Of a stretch of DNA of 64,000 bases, positions 38,261-51,253 are shown in pieces (positions within the stretch are counted from its first letter, which is position 1; every line of letters starts with the position of its first letter). Source of the stretch: Amphiscolops sp. MND2022 (Eukaryota); the NCBI GenBank assembly GCA_964187785.1, contig OZ076409.1, positions 97,216,001 to 97,280,000 of the forward strand, given 5' to 3'. Under the pieces are notes generated by a model. The model was not told where the DNA came from. It saw only the letters and a list, made by a program, of their open reading frames with translations, and ran no database searches. A program made the translations under genes and the position numbers.

Positions 38261-38269
38261 TTCACTCAC

Positions 38270-38366
38270 TAATTTCTTGTAATCCCTCGCGGTCGTCTAT
38301 ACTGTAGCAGAGGATGATTGCACTGGCTCCGTTGTAACACAGAAGACGCAATTCTTTGTACTCATC
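38270..38366 (-). CDS. Atypical Rho GTPase, middle coding exon (not in the ORF track)
   Basis: gtatttcag|GAT...ATT A|gtgagt. DEYKELRLLCYNGASAIILCYSIDDREGLQEI resembles RhoA [32 protein letters not shown]. Phases (0, 1) match both neighbouring exons. Confidence 0.9.
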
Positions 38367-38435
38367 CTGAAATACAACCAAAAACTGCAGTAAACAATTT
38401 GTCTTATAAGTTCAGTGATTCACCAATCAAGGTAA

Positions 38436-38728
38436 CCCTGGTTGAGAAAAAATGTTCTTGCAAGAAACGTTCCAAAGATCTACGCATTTGTAATATTCCT
38501 TGAAAGATCTTGCAAATAAATGTATTCCTTGCAAGAATCTTACAGGAAGTGCCATCTTTGCAAAATCCTTCACTGAAACATCTTCCTTGGGAGATGTTTC
38601 AAGGTATGCATTTTTAGCAAACATCTTGCCAATTTATTCCCGAGAAATGATAGAGAATGCATTATCTTGCTAAATCTGGGACGATTTTTGCAGGATCCTA
38701 GCAGGGAACGCATTTTTCTCAACCAGGG
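38436..38728. mobile_element. CCC-ended MITE (related end at ~62888)
   Basis: TIRs CCCTGGTTGAGAAAAATG / CATTTTTCTCAACCAGGG. AA on both flanks. Internal aagatcttgc repeats. Confidence 0.75.
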
Positions 38729-39350
38729 AAAAAAGTATTCCGGGAAATTTTTTGTCGAGATCTCTTCTCTGTCAAACTTTATTTTCTAAATGTAACTGAT
38801 TTGATCTACGGTACCAAAAACAGCTAAAGACAGTCGATTTGGCTAACGAATGTTTCGAAGCGCGAACTCTCCTAATATATTCATTTTACAGGAAATATAT
38901 ATTCAAAAAATTCCAGGAGCAAAAGTCAGTCGAATTTCGACCAGCAATACAAAGATATTTTGTGTTTTGAAATCGAATCGAAGTTTAAAAAGATACATCA
39001 CATTCTAATTCGAGGATTTTTGGGAATTCTCGAGCTCTATTAAGCAATATCTCAGGAACTACTGGTCAGAAAAAAACTCCCTCAACCATTTTTGGAGTCG
39101 TGGAACTGCTCTTTAACTTTCATTTTACACTATTTTTCTGAAAATGTTTTTTAAACCAACAACCACTTGTAAATCCGTAGAAATAATATTTTCACGGAGT
39201 GAAAATTGAAGATTTCGCAATTTCTGATCATTTGCGGTGTAAACTCGCGGTTCACGAAATATTGCATGATAAATTTTGAAAAAAAATTGAAGGTGAAAAA
39301 TGAGGGAGGAACTTTAATCGCTACTAATTTTGGTAGATTTGTACTAAACA

Positions 39351-39905
39351 AACAAGATGGGAACGTCTAAAGTCAGCGCTATATCTAAGGCTCAAAAAGC
39401 GCAGTTTTCAAAGTATGCGTAGGACGTTTTCATGAAATATTCCTGTTTTCGAACATCAGCCTCCTCCTTACTAAAACGCAATATAGTTCGGATATAACGT
39501 CAAGAGTTCGGATATAGCTCTTTACTCCCGAGATTACGAGGGGAGACTTCAATAAAATCGGAGGGGGGCCCTTTGGAGACAAAACGATTTCAAAAAGTCT
39601 CACAGCGTTGAAAAAAAAGAAAAAAATTGAAAGGTGACTTCATTCAAACACTTAAGACAAAAAAGTTCCACATTATCGAAAAAAAATGGAAAGGAGCACC
39701 CTTCAGTCTAGTCCGCTTTTGTATAATAAATTTAAAAAGTAAAATAAAGAAAGGGGACCCTTTGCAATAATTTAGATGCGTTTCCCAGGTATTCTTTTAG
39801 TTGTCCTAACTGAACAAAAAATTCGTCGCATTCGAGTTCGTCTTAAATAAAAAAACGAGTGACTGTAATAGTCGGTCTCTTTTATTTATAAAAGCGCCGA
39901 CTAAA
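39351..39905 (-). mobile_element. HINE-like element, second subfamily
   Basis: 3' end (rc) aacaagatgggaacgtct-aaagtcagcgc. 5' end agtcggtctcttttatttataaaagcgccgactaaaaa. Confidence 0.6.
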
Positions 39906-41813
39906 AATACCCTGAAATTCGATTGAAAGTTGCGAATGTATTGCTCCAATGACTTTTGTGTCTATTGTGGATTACCTACAAATTGATTGCACTTTGAGAT
40001 TTCAAATAAGTGCCTATAGCTTTTTGGTACCTTTAGCTAGTGTATCTAAACAGGTACCCCTAGTCATTGATTCTAGAAACCTGAAAATGAAATTAAAAAG
40101 AAACTTAATAAAAATACAAACGTAACAGGCGCTCTATAAAAGGTAAGATATCAAAATTGGCTCGACGAGATCAATATGTGCCTCAACGCAAACTCCTTTC
40201 ACTTGTCATGGTTTGTAACATCTGTTTTGCGTTAATTTTAAAATGTGTAAAGCAAAATGTTCTGTCAGTCTGAAATATGAAAAGTATTGATTTTTTTCCA
40301 GCAACTCTCACTCTCAAGATTTTAAAGGAATATTGGCTGCCATTTTCTTGGTTGTCGGAATTTTCAGAAGTTAATTTCATTTTTAAAAATCACTGAATTC
40401 CTTCTAAAGTATACTCACTATATAGTATACGCAGAGTAAATGCAGTTTTTTAAACGCTAAACGCTTCGTTCTCAAAACAATAGTAATCAAAAAGATGTTT
40501 AGAATTAGGAACATAACATAGCATCAGGTCATCAGTATTTACAATTTCTTGTGAAACCAATTGTACACTTTGTCAAGATATGTCTTTTTCGAAACTTTTG
40601 AGAGGTACTTAAAGCTGGATTTTAAAAAGGAATGTCCTATCACAAGTATAATCTTAGTAGAAGTTGCTGGGATTTTTCATACTGCTTTCGAACATACATG
40701 ATTGATTTTTTCATACAAAACATGGAAAATTCCGGGAGCCTGCTTGGGGAACTTTGTAGGATTACACTACCCTTGCTTTATATGTTCTTCAAAGTTGCCA
40801 GCTTTGATTTTTTATATCTCTTACAGAAACTTTAATGCGTTAATATTTCCCTGTTGTCATCAACTTTTATCAAGCTGCTTGAAAGAGTCATCAAAGTTTT
40901 GGCGGCAATTTCAAGCCGTGAAGTTCTGCAAGTTACAAAATGAGAAAATTTGACGCCATTTTAAGGCAAACTAACTTCATTCACAATGTAAACAACAAAC
41001 TAGCGTCATCTTCAGCGTTACATTTGAGAATCGGTGATTACGTCAGACAAGTAGTTGAAAATTCAGTGTGTGAATACAATTTGACCGTGTCCGTAACGAA
41101 AGGGAAAATATTTTCAAATTTAATTGCAGTAGTGGAAATGCAGTCAATTTCTAAAAGATTCACAACAGGAATTCTACTGAATTTTCTAGGTTTTATGAAC
41201 AATTACTCTGCATGCAGGCCTGCAGCATTTAAAAAGTTCCAGCAGTGTCAACTAAGGTAATTTCAAATAAGTTCACTATTTCAAATGAAACTGAAAATCC
41301 TTCTACTACTTCAGGCTTTGTTTTCACACATTATTTTCTCAATTTATGCAAATGTTATTCTCTAGCCTACGTCGTTTGAAACAAACAAAATGTACTTTCA
41401 ATTCAGGACCATAATAAAAAGCTAGAAAATAACAAAGGGTCCTCCGTTGAGTTTCTTCGGCACTGTGCGACTTTTTTGGTATTTTTTTATTTCCTTCTTT
41501 CGGTTCCCTGGTACAGTTCCTAAATCAGTGCCCCTATAGTTTTCTTTGACTTTTTGAGATGAGAAAAAACTTTTCAATCCAGATGGGTGTTTTTCGGCAC
41601 TATGAGACATTTCATAATTTTCATAAAAAACAGTGTTTCAGCATCATGATCTTCGAAAGACTTTCCACTTTTGGATCCTTAGGTTACATCCTATACTGCT
41701 TTTACCATTCCTCTGCGTGGCTTTATGTATGCATCAGAAAAACTTGTATTTTTGAACAGAAAATTCACGGCGTATTTCTGTCATGTCTGGCTAACTAGCA
41801 ATGTCTGGCTAAC

Positions 41814-42023
41814 CTGTCCGGCGGTATCCTTGATCTTGAGCACGTAGTTGATGCCAGTTTTGGAACTGGTGACGGTGCACGTGTAATCATCGAACAGGGT
41901 GGCGTCCAGACCCTCTGCAAAGTACCCGTTCACGTACTTGATGATGGCAGTAGTCTTCCCCACTCCTGACTTGCCCACCACGCAAATGGTGAGAGATCGT
42001 GCCGAGTCCGCTCCCTTTGACAT
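41814..42023 (-). CDS. Atypical Rho GTPase, first coding exon (70 aa)
   Basis: MSKGADSARSLTICVVGKSGVGKT...ATLFDDY...KIKDTAGQ covers G1-G3. Donor CAG|gttagc. The upstream acceptor tttgcag| (~42048) implies a further 5' exon. Confidence 0.88.
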
Positions 42024-44502
42024 GCTCGCAAGTGGTGCAACTCCTGTCTGCAAATTATAATTTATGACTTTGTAAGTTATAAGTTATAACTCCAGTTATG
42101 AGCCTTTTCAAGTTCAAGGATGGATGAGTCTCAGATAAAATATATAGGATGTGAATTTACTTGAAAAATTTTTGAAATTTGTGAATTTTTTAATAAGTTG
42201 AACATAAACATTCTTTCCTATGACCTGAAAAGTTGGCTCAATTTTTGACAATTCTCAGAAAAAGTTGAAGCAGAAAATTAATGAATTCGAGGCTCTCAAT
42301 TTCAGGGTATCAGGTAAGAATCTCCGAAGTTAACCCCTCCTAGACCGAAGTATCTTAGGATAAAATCTAAATTATGGCATCGTATGCAGCACCTAAATGC
42401 AGCAGGGAAGCGAAGCGGAGCGACGTGCCACTACTGGTCCATCAGCTGTTTTTGACGAAAGACGACTTTCATAAAACCAATATTTAGACTTCATTTTCAA
42501 GACATTTTAATATATGAGATTTTCGTCCAGAAGGTTTTAACTTAGATTTTAGATTGAAATATTAGTAGAAGTTGATATGCTTTCAAAAATTTTCAAACTT
42601 TTGCTCTTAAAAATAGTCCTTTATTTAAAGACTCTTACCCCTGAGTAAAATGGGGGGGTAAACTTTGGGATATCCTTCAATAAATAAAGTAACCAATAAT
42701 CGAAGTTAGGAAAATTTTTGAACAGTGTTCAACAATTGAAAAATATTCTATTGGGACATTTAAACAATTTGAGACGTAGAACAAAACAACGAATTGAAAC
42801 TTTGTTGACTGTTCAAATGTCGGACTTGTTTCGTGTTTGGTCAAATGACGAAAGGATGTAATCAGCTAATTATTACACAAAACCACACCAATGTTCAAAT
42901 TGAATGTTGCAATGTAAGAATCATTAATGAACATACCAGAGACTTAGAAAGAAATAATTCTCTCTCTTAAGCCATGAATAGTGAGTTAAACATTCTACCA
43001 TTGATTATTTTGCCCATGTTTAAAGACAGGAACACTCATAGCTGGGGAAATTCGAAGCACAAATGTATGTTTGAACAAAATAGATTCGAAGTTTGCTCAA
43101 ACTAATGCATTTGCTGTGAAGATGAATTGAAGCAAGATAAAAGACTCCTAGCTGCATCATAGACTCCTGACTGAACCCTGCATCTTAGACATGGGCCAAC
43201 ACTGAGTATGTATGCAACATTCATGCATGCATATATGCTCGCTGTTATCAAAACAAACATTCTTGCAAATTCGGGACGTCAAAAATGTTCTGTTCCATGT
43301 TATTCTTGCTGCTGTCAAATGTCAATTTGGAGCCCTTTTTGAGCCCAAGACTATGGTATGGTTTCAAACAAGTTGGAACGAAGAGGCCCTAATACATCAT
43401 AGCCTTACAAATTTCTCAAGATTGGCTGACTTCGACAAAAACCGAATGAAGTACCATCTTTTGATTGGCTACGACAAAGAAGAACTCGAATGACGTAAAG
43501 ATGACGTTAATAAACTTGCCATATATAGGGTATCTTTATGTCTGCAAGGCTCTTTTAGCATCATGATCAATTGCAGGCATGGCATTTAATCACGGAGTGT
43601 AAATGCGTGTAATCCCGTGAATTTTATTCAATCGAATTGCGCCGTGGAATATCATGTAATTGATTGATTTTGCCAACTTGTGACGTGAAATTCAACCTTG
43701 TTTGAAATGAAAAATATGAAACTCCTCTCAGAATGGATGGATCTCTTTCACTATGCCCCCCCTGTATCACTCGTTACACTATGTCCCCCCTAGAGAAAAA
43801 GAATGTTTGTGGTTCATTTATATTCATCTCCTATTGGCTAATCTCTCATGCTATTCTGTCAATCAATTGATGTCGTCATAACTAACGACACTTTTTATTG
43901 GTTCTTATTATCAAAATCCCCACTAAGCCAATCAGAAGCGTTGTTAGATAAGAGCAGATCTGTGCTATTAGAATGCGCAGTACATGTATTTAATAGCGTT
44001 TCACTATGTTCCCCTTTTTGCTATAGGGGGGGGATAAAGTGAAAGAGATCCGAATGGATTTTTGAAACGCAAATATCGCAACAATTCCAACGTTATCAAA
44101 AACTGCAAAGAAATTTTGCTTTCTGCCTTCATCTTCTCGCCCAGTGGAACGCACATTCTCATATTTCAAGAAATATCTTCCGGAAGACACTCAAAGACTT
44201 GATGTAGAAACATTGAAGCACCTTTTATTTCTGCATGTTAATTCTTCCAAGTTGAATTGAAACACTTGAAAAACCGTGTTTTTTCGTGTTTTAGTGTGAA
44301 AAATCGTGAAAATGGCGTGATTTTCGTCTTCTTAGCGTCACATTTTCAGCGTGGATTATGCGAAAAACTTGCGTGATTAGCTGTCATGTCTGATCAATTG
44401 AAATCATCGCAGAAAAATAAAAAAAAAAACAACTGAAGTTCAAGAAAATCACCGTTGTTCATGGAAAGAATTCATGTGAACGCGAAACTAGGGACCTTAA
44501 TT

Positions 44503-45474
44503 TTTGCAAAGCAAGAAGAAATTAGTACATCTCATTTAAATTGGAAGGCATAGATGAAGTTTGTGTCATTCAGATGACTCATAATTTGATTGAATCAACT
44601 CATACATCAAAAAGTCATGAACAACCAATGAAACTATTTATTTGATTGCCATTTTGGAAGGATTTTTACTTGTTGCAGTGTGATTTGAATGTTCCGTCTA
44701 TGGGGAAAACGTCTTGGGGAAGAAGCTGCAGGTATTTGTCAAAAGTCTTTTTTGTTTTCAAATCTGAACAATATTTGGGTTGTTACACAATTCTGATTTT
44801 CTATTTACCGCGATTAATGAATTATTGAAAAGTTAACTAACCACACTGCAACAAGTAAAAATCCTTCCAAAATGGCAATCAAATAAATTGTGTAACAACC
44901 CAAATATTGTTCAGATTTGAAAACAAAAAAGACTTTTGACAAATACCTGCAGCTTCTTCCCCAAGACGTTTTCCCCATAGGCGGAACATTCAAATCACAC
45001 TGCAACAAGTAAAAATCCTTCCAAAATGGCAATCAAATAAATAGTTTCATTGGTTGTTCATGACTTTTTGATGTATGAGTTGATTCAATCAAATTATGAG
45101 TCATCTGAATGACACAAACTTCATCTATGCCATCCAATTTAAATGAGATGTACTAATTTCTTCTTGCTTTGCAAATGCATTAGTTTGAGCAAACTTCGAA
45201 TCTATTTTGTTCAAACATACATTTGTGCTTCGAATGAGGGATAACGCCCTTGCTCTTTTTCCCATGATGCTGTGATTGGAATGTTCCGCCTATGGGGAAA
45301 ACGTCTTGGGGTTAAAGCTGCAGGTATTTGTCAAAAGTCTTTTTTGTTTTCAAATCTGAACAATATTTGGGTTGTTACACAATTCTGATTTTCTATTTAC
45401 CGCGATTTATGAATCATTGAAAAGTTAACTAACCACACTGCATTAAGTAAAAATCCTTACAAAATGGCAATAAA
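44503..45474. repeat. Fold-back palindrome and templated insertions replacing the BEL 5' LTR
   Basis: Arms 44503-44792 and 44886-45175. 45171-45235 is the reverse complement of 43050-43114. A further inverted LTR/leader copy lies at 45236-45474. Confidence 0.9.
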
Positions 45475-48400
45475 GCATGTACAAGGTATGAGAACTTCTT
45501 GTTAACATTTGATCCCGATTTTGAAGAGCACCAAGAGATGTTCCAAGATGTGTCAAAAACATGGTTCAATGTCCAAAGTGCACATGAACGTTACATGTTA
45601 ACAGTTAGTGAGGATACATATGAAGCTGAAATTTTGTGGATAGACGAACCTGAATCCAAATTCCATGAATTAAGATCGAAAAAATGCCAATTCGAAAAGA
45701 CTTTAAAGGAAAAGATTTGTCTCTAGAAAAAACGAACTTTGAAGAAAATGCTAAAAGAGTTGCCGAAAAGGAGGAAGATTTGAAAAGGAATGAGCTTAGA
45801 GAAAGATGTCGCAAATTGAACGACAGATACAATATCGAACTGAATAGACTCAGTAACATTTGCCAATCTTTCGAAAACATCTCAGCGCCGAACGATAAAA
45901 CTTTGAAAGCAGTAAAAGGCGATTTTCAAAATCAACTTAAAGAAGTTACCGAGCTATTTGAGGCTCTTTCGGAAATGAAAGATTCGGGTGAACTAGAAGA
46001 ATTGGACTCAAATGTTTTTACAAAAATTCTCTTCCGTGTTCCGGTTTACAAAAATTCTCTTCTTCCAAAATCGAATTCTCTTCCGTGTCAAAGTGAGTGC
46101 GGTGGGGGAGATGTAGTAGACGCAAAACGAGTGCTAACGCACATGGAAAAAATGAAATTTCCCAAGTTTAGCGGTAACTGTAGAGATTGGCCACAGTTCA
46201 AAAAAGACTTCGAAAAACAAGTTTCTTCTGTCATCGTGGATGAGTCAACTGTCTCATACGCCTTACGAAACGCGTTGCCTGACAATGCGAAAAGTTTGGT
46301 CCGTAATATGAGCGACAATATCAAAGAAATGTGGAAACGGTTAGATGAGAGGTATGGCGATGAAGGCAAGATTGTAGAAATTGTTCTCAATGATATTAAA
46401 CATTTCCGACCGATAAAAGAAAACGAAGAAAGACGTCTCCTGGCTTTTATTGACATCATAGAGAAAGCAAGTATGGAATTGAAATATCTAGGGCGGCAGG
46501 CTGAAATAAAAAACAGTACAATTATTTCAATAATTGAAGAAAAATTGCCTGACGACTTGAGAAAAAAATGGATCGAAAGAATTTACGAGAATGATAGTGC
46601 AATTGACAAAGGCGATAAGTTTCCCGGTTTTCTAAATTTTTTGTTGGAGAGGAAAATAGTAGTTGAATATGACTTGAATTTGTTGAAACGAAATAAAGAA
46701 GAAGTAAAGGCTAATGTTCGGCTGAACCTGGTAGGAGATAGTGGACAAAAGCCAGCTACTCCGAAATGTTTTTTGCATCCTGGATCAGAACATCGGACAG
46801 ATGAATGCAGATTGTTCCTGGACAAATCTGTTCGCGAGCGATCGGATCTAGTAAAAGAAAGAAGAGCGTGTTTTAATTGTCTCAGTATTTGGTACACATC
46901 GCGAACATGTAAAAGCAGGAAGCAATGCCAGCCAAAAGAATGCGGGAGGAACCATCACACTCTCTTGCATGATAGTCATTTTCAAAAAGCAACCCAACAG
47001 ACTAACAGTTTCTCTGCGAAGTGTAACATAGCAGGGGAAACGAGTTTGTTGCAAATCATGCCAATAGAGATTATCACTCCTACCCAGTCTAAGAATATTC
47101 TTTCTCTTTGGGACTCAGCTTCTACAGTGTCTTTAATTTTGAACTCAGTCGCAAACACCTTGAAAATTCCAGGCAAAGCTGTATCTATTGTGATGGAAAC
47201 ACTCGGCCAAACAAAAAGAAAGCAAACCAAACTGTTCATGTTCAATATAAGAGATCAAGACGACAATCTCGTTCCCGTTGAAACGTATGGTGTTGATCAA
47301 ATATCGACTGAGGAATACAGTACAGAACCTCATCGAACAATTTTTCCGACGGAGTTTCAAAATCAGCAGGACAAAAGGGGATTTATTTCACTACTTTTGG
47401 GTTTGAACGTTGTACAGTATCACCCTGTACCAGTAAAATGTTGTGGAAATTCTGTCTTGTTTGAAAATGCATTCGGAAAGTGTGTAAGTGGAACAGATCC
47501 AACAGCAAACTCAGTCCAGTTTACTACAGTCAATTTTAATCAATCCAAAATTACAGTTGATGACTTTTACAAGATTGAAAACCTTGGAATTTCATGTAGT
47601 CCAAAATGTGGTAATTGCAAATGCGGTCAGTGCGGACTAGGAGCTTTTGAATTTTCCATCAAAGATAAAAGAGAATTGGAACTAATTCATAACGGATCAT
47701 CTTTAGAAAATACAGTATGGACTGCGAGATATCCTTGGATTAAGAATCCGTCCGATTTACCTAATAACAAATTAATTGCTGCAAAAATGTTACAAAACAC
47801 AGAGAAGAGACTTTTGAAAGACGAGAAACAAGCTGAAACTTATCAAAGTCAAATACAAGATATGTTGGATCGCGGTGTTGCTAAAAAATTGGATGCGGAA
47901 GACTTGAACTACGATGGTCCGGTGCATTACATTAGTCACCATGAGGTACTGAAGCAGGATTCTGCTTCCACGCCTTGCAGAATTGTTTTTAATGCATCTG
48001 CTAATTACAAAAACCACGTCCGCAACGACTATTGGGCGAAAGGTCCAGACCTTCTCGGAAACTTATTGGGTATCTTAGTAAAGTTCCGTGAAGACCATGT
48101 GGCTTACCTTGGTGATATTCGAAAGATGTATCACACTATTCGAATGGCATTGGAAGACCAACACACCCACAGATTCCTATGGCGAGATTATCGTCTAAAG
48201 GACGAAACGGACGAATACATGATGCAAGTGGTTTCGTTTGGAGACCGACCTGCAGCAACAACTGCTCAGCTAGCTTTGAGGAGAACAGCGGAACTTGCCT
48301 CTGATGACTATGAAGAAGAAAAATTAGTTATACAGAAGTCTACATATATGGATGACATAATAATTGATAGCGTCGAAACTTTGAACATTGCTAAAACTCG

Positions 48401-51253
48401 CACTACTAATCTGGAGACGATACTTGCTGCTGGTTCTTTCAAAATTAAGAAATGGATTTTTTCAGGAGGGAAAGGAACCGAAGTTTGCCTTGCAAATACA
48501 GAAGAAAGTGAAAAAGTACTCGAATTGACTTGGAGTTTGGAGAAAGATGTTTTTGAGTTTAAGTCTAAAGTAGTTATAAAAACAAAAGTTTTTACAAAAC
48601 AGTACACAAATTTGAACGATTTGAGAGCTGATCCCCCAGCGAGTTTCACAAGACGTCAAGCTCTTAGCCAACTAAATTCGATTTTCGACCCTTTGGGGCT
48701 AGCAACTCCCTTCACGGTTAAAGCAAAAGTTCTTATGAGAAGAACTTGGGAGGCCAACAGGGCGGATGATTGGGACGAAAGCCTTCCTCCGTCGCTGCTT
48801 CCCGAATGGATTACAATTTTTGAAGAACTTTTTGAAATGAGAGATGTCTCTTTCCCTCGTTGTATCAAACCAAAAATGCGGTGGGAAATCCTCAGTTAGT
48901 CGTCTTCAGCGATGCATCAAAAGAAGCTTTTGGTGCGTGTGCTTATGCTGTGCGGGAATTGGAGGACGGATCTCATGTATAGAATTTAATTTTAGCTAAA
49001 AGCAGATTAGCTCCCAAACGTCAAATTTCCATAGTCCGATTGGAACTTTGCGGGCTGTTATTGGCAGTCAGGATCAAATGTTTTCTCTTCGAACATTCAC
49101 GACTGAACTTCGACAGTGTAAAGTTTATAGTAGGTTCAGAAATTGTACGAGCAATGACCCAAAAAGAATCTTACGGTTTCAATATTTTTACAGGACTTCG
49201 TTTGGGGGAAATACAAGAAACAAAGAACCCGAAAGACTTCTTCTGGGTACCTGGTGACTTGAACATAGCTGATCTTATTTCAAGAGGGTCTTCACCAGCT
49301 GAATTTAAATTGGGGTCGAAATGGCAATCCGGTCCATCGTTTTTACAGCTAGAAAAACAGCATTGGCCACTACAACAAAAGCAATACTCTATGAGCGATT
49401 TACCTGATGTGTTAAAAGGCAAGACATTTTCAATTCAAAAAAATACAGCGAAACAATCGACTACAAAAATGATAGATTTAGGTCCTTAGCCTCTTTGATC
49501 AGAACCATTGCAAGGATTTTATTGCTGAAAACGCGAAGATCATTGAAAGTCTTAGCTCAAAAGCTGACACTAAAAGAAATTGAAGTAGCATGGAATTTCA
49601 TAGTCAAACACGAGCAGAAAGAACTTCAGCAAAGTTTTGAAAGCGGAAAATTTGAACGTTTAGGTGCTTTTAAAAACGAGAAAGGGCTGATTATGGCTGG
49701 CCGGAGAATCAATGAAGTTTTGCCATTATTACCGAAATCATCGAAATTGGTGAAGTTGGCAATAAAAGAAGCACACCATCCTGGTCACCTAGGAGTTTTA
49801 GCAACTGCAAGCAAAGTTCGTACGAAACTTTGGTCACCGAACCTGCTAAGAATTATAGAATCTGTTTTAAAGTTTTGCACTGGATGTAGACTTTACAACA
49901 AAGAAAGAGCTTCGCAACTTATGGGTTCTGCAACTGAGGAGCGACTAAATCCATCGTTGCCGTTTACTAACCTATGTATTGATTTGTTCGGACCATACTA
50001 CGTGAGGAGCAATTTGAAAAAGACTTCGCAATATAAAATTTATGCGGCCATTTTCACTTGCCTTTTTTCTCGAGCAGTACATTTGGATATAGTAATGGAT
50101 TAATCGACAAAGGAGTTTCTGCAAACCTTCAGATTTGTTTCACTTCGCGGATTTCCTGAAGTCATTCATTCTGACTCAGGCACTCAACTAGTTGGGGCCA
50201 ACAAAGCACTTCAAGGCAGCTTCAAGATTATGAATGATGATTTCCTCATTAAAGAATTCAACTTTAAAGGATTGCGGTGGGATTTTGCACCCGGCTGTGC
50301 TCCTTGGCGACAAGTTTGCGCTGAATCGCTAATCAGCTCAGTTAAAAAATGCTTGTTTTTTGCTATTGGAAATCAAGTCCTATCGTTGATGGAAATGCAA
50401 ACAACTTTGTTCGAGGTAGCAAACCTGCTGAATGATCGACCCATTGGAAGACATCCGACTCACCCTGATGATGGGTTTTACTTGTCTCCCAATTCTCTGC
50501 TGCTCGGCCGTACTCAAAACCAAACTGTGCCGTTTCCAACAAACAATGGATGTAATTTGACCCGTCAGAACCTAGTCGAAAATGTTTTGGACAGCTTTTG
50601 GAAGAAATGGCAAAGAAATTTTCTGCCACAGATGTGTTTCTACAAAAAATGGCGTGATACTCACAGGAACTTTGAAAAGGATGATGTAGTGTTAGTGGAA
50701 GCTCAAAATACAATTAGAGGATGATGTTGGAAGTTAGGAAGGATTCGAGACGTATATTCTGGACGAGATGGATTAGTGAGAGATGTTGAAGTTGAAATTG
50801 TCGCAAAGAATGGAGTTAAGACTTGTTTGTCCAGGCCAATCCAAAAACTTGTGTTGATTTTTCCTAAAGACGAACAATGATTAACTGGAAAACATTAAAC
50901 TTGATACGTTGAAGTTGATGAGATAATTAAACTGTCAAACTGTCCACAGGAATTTGCTCAATCAGACGATTTGGCGGGAGTGTGTCATTCAGATGACTCA
51001 TAATTTGATTGAATCAACTCATACATCAAAAAGTTATGAACAACCAATGAAACTATTTATTTGATTGCCATTTTGAAAGGATTTTTACTTGTTGCAGTGT
51101 GGTTAGTTAACTTTTCAATGATTCATTAATCGCGGTAAATAGAAAATCAGAATTGTGTAACAACCCAAATTTTGTTCAGATTTGAAAACAAAAAAGACTT
51201 TTGACAAATACCTGCAGCTTCTTCCCCAAGACGTTTTCCCCATAGGCGGAACA
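44562..51253 (+). mobile_element. BEL/Pao LTR retrotransposon, complete boundaries, coding-defective
   Basis: TSD AAGTT at 44557-44561 and 51254-51258. 3' LTR 50981-51253 (TG...CA) after PPT ggcgggag. Domain order gag-PR (LWDSAS)-RT (YMDDII)-RNase H (FSDASKEAFGAC)-IN (IDLFGPY), split over ORFs 45499, 45684, 49040, 49495 and 50230. Confidence 0.93.
45684..48899 (+). pseudogene. BEL/Pao gag-PR-RT open segment (1071 aa), frameshifted on both sides
   Basis: KMKFPKFSGNCRDWPQFK gag motif, Cys/His knuckles, CRIVFNAS, GDIRKMYHTI, YMDD. Confidence 0.9.

Noticed and set aside
43830-43935. CCAAT cluster as the Rho promoter
   Set aside because: It appears to lie within a small inverted-repeat element (~43749-44040), and no linking 5' exon could be identified.
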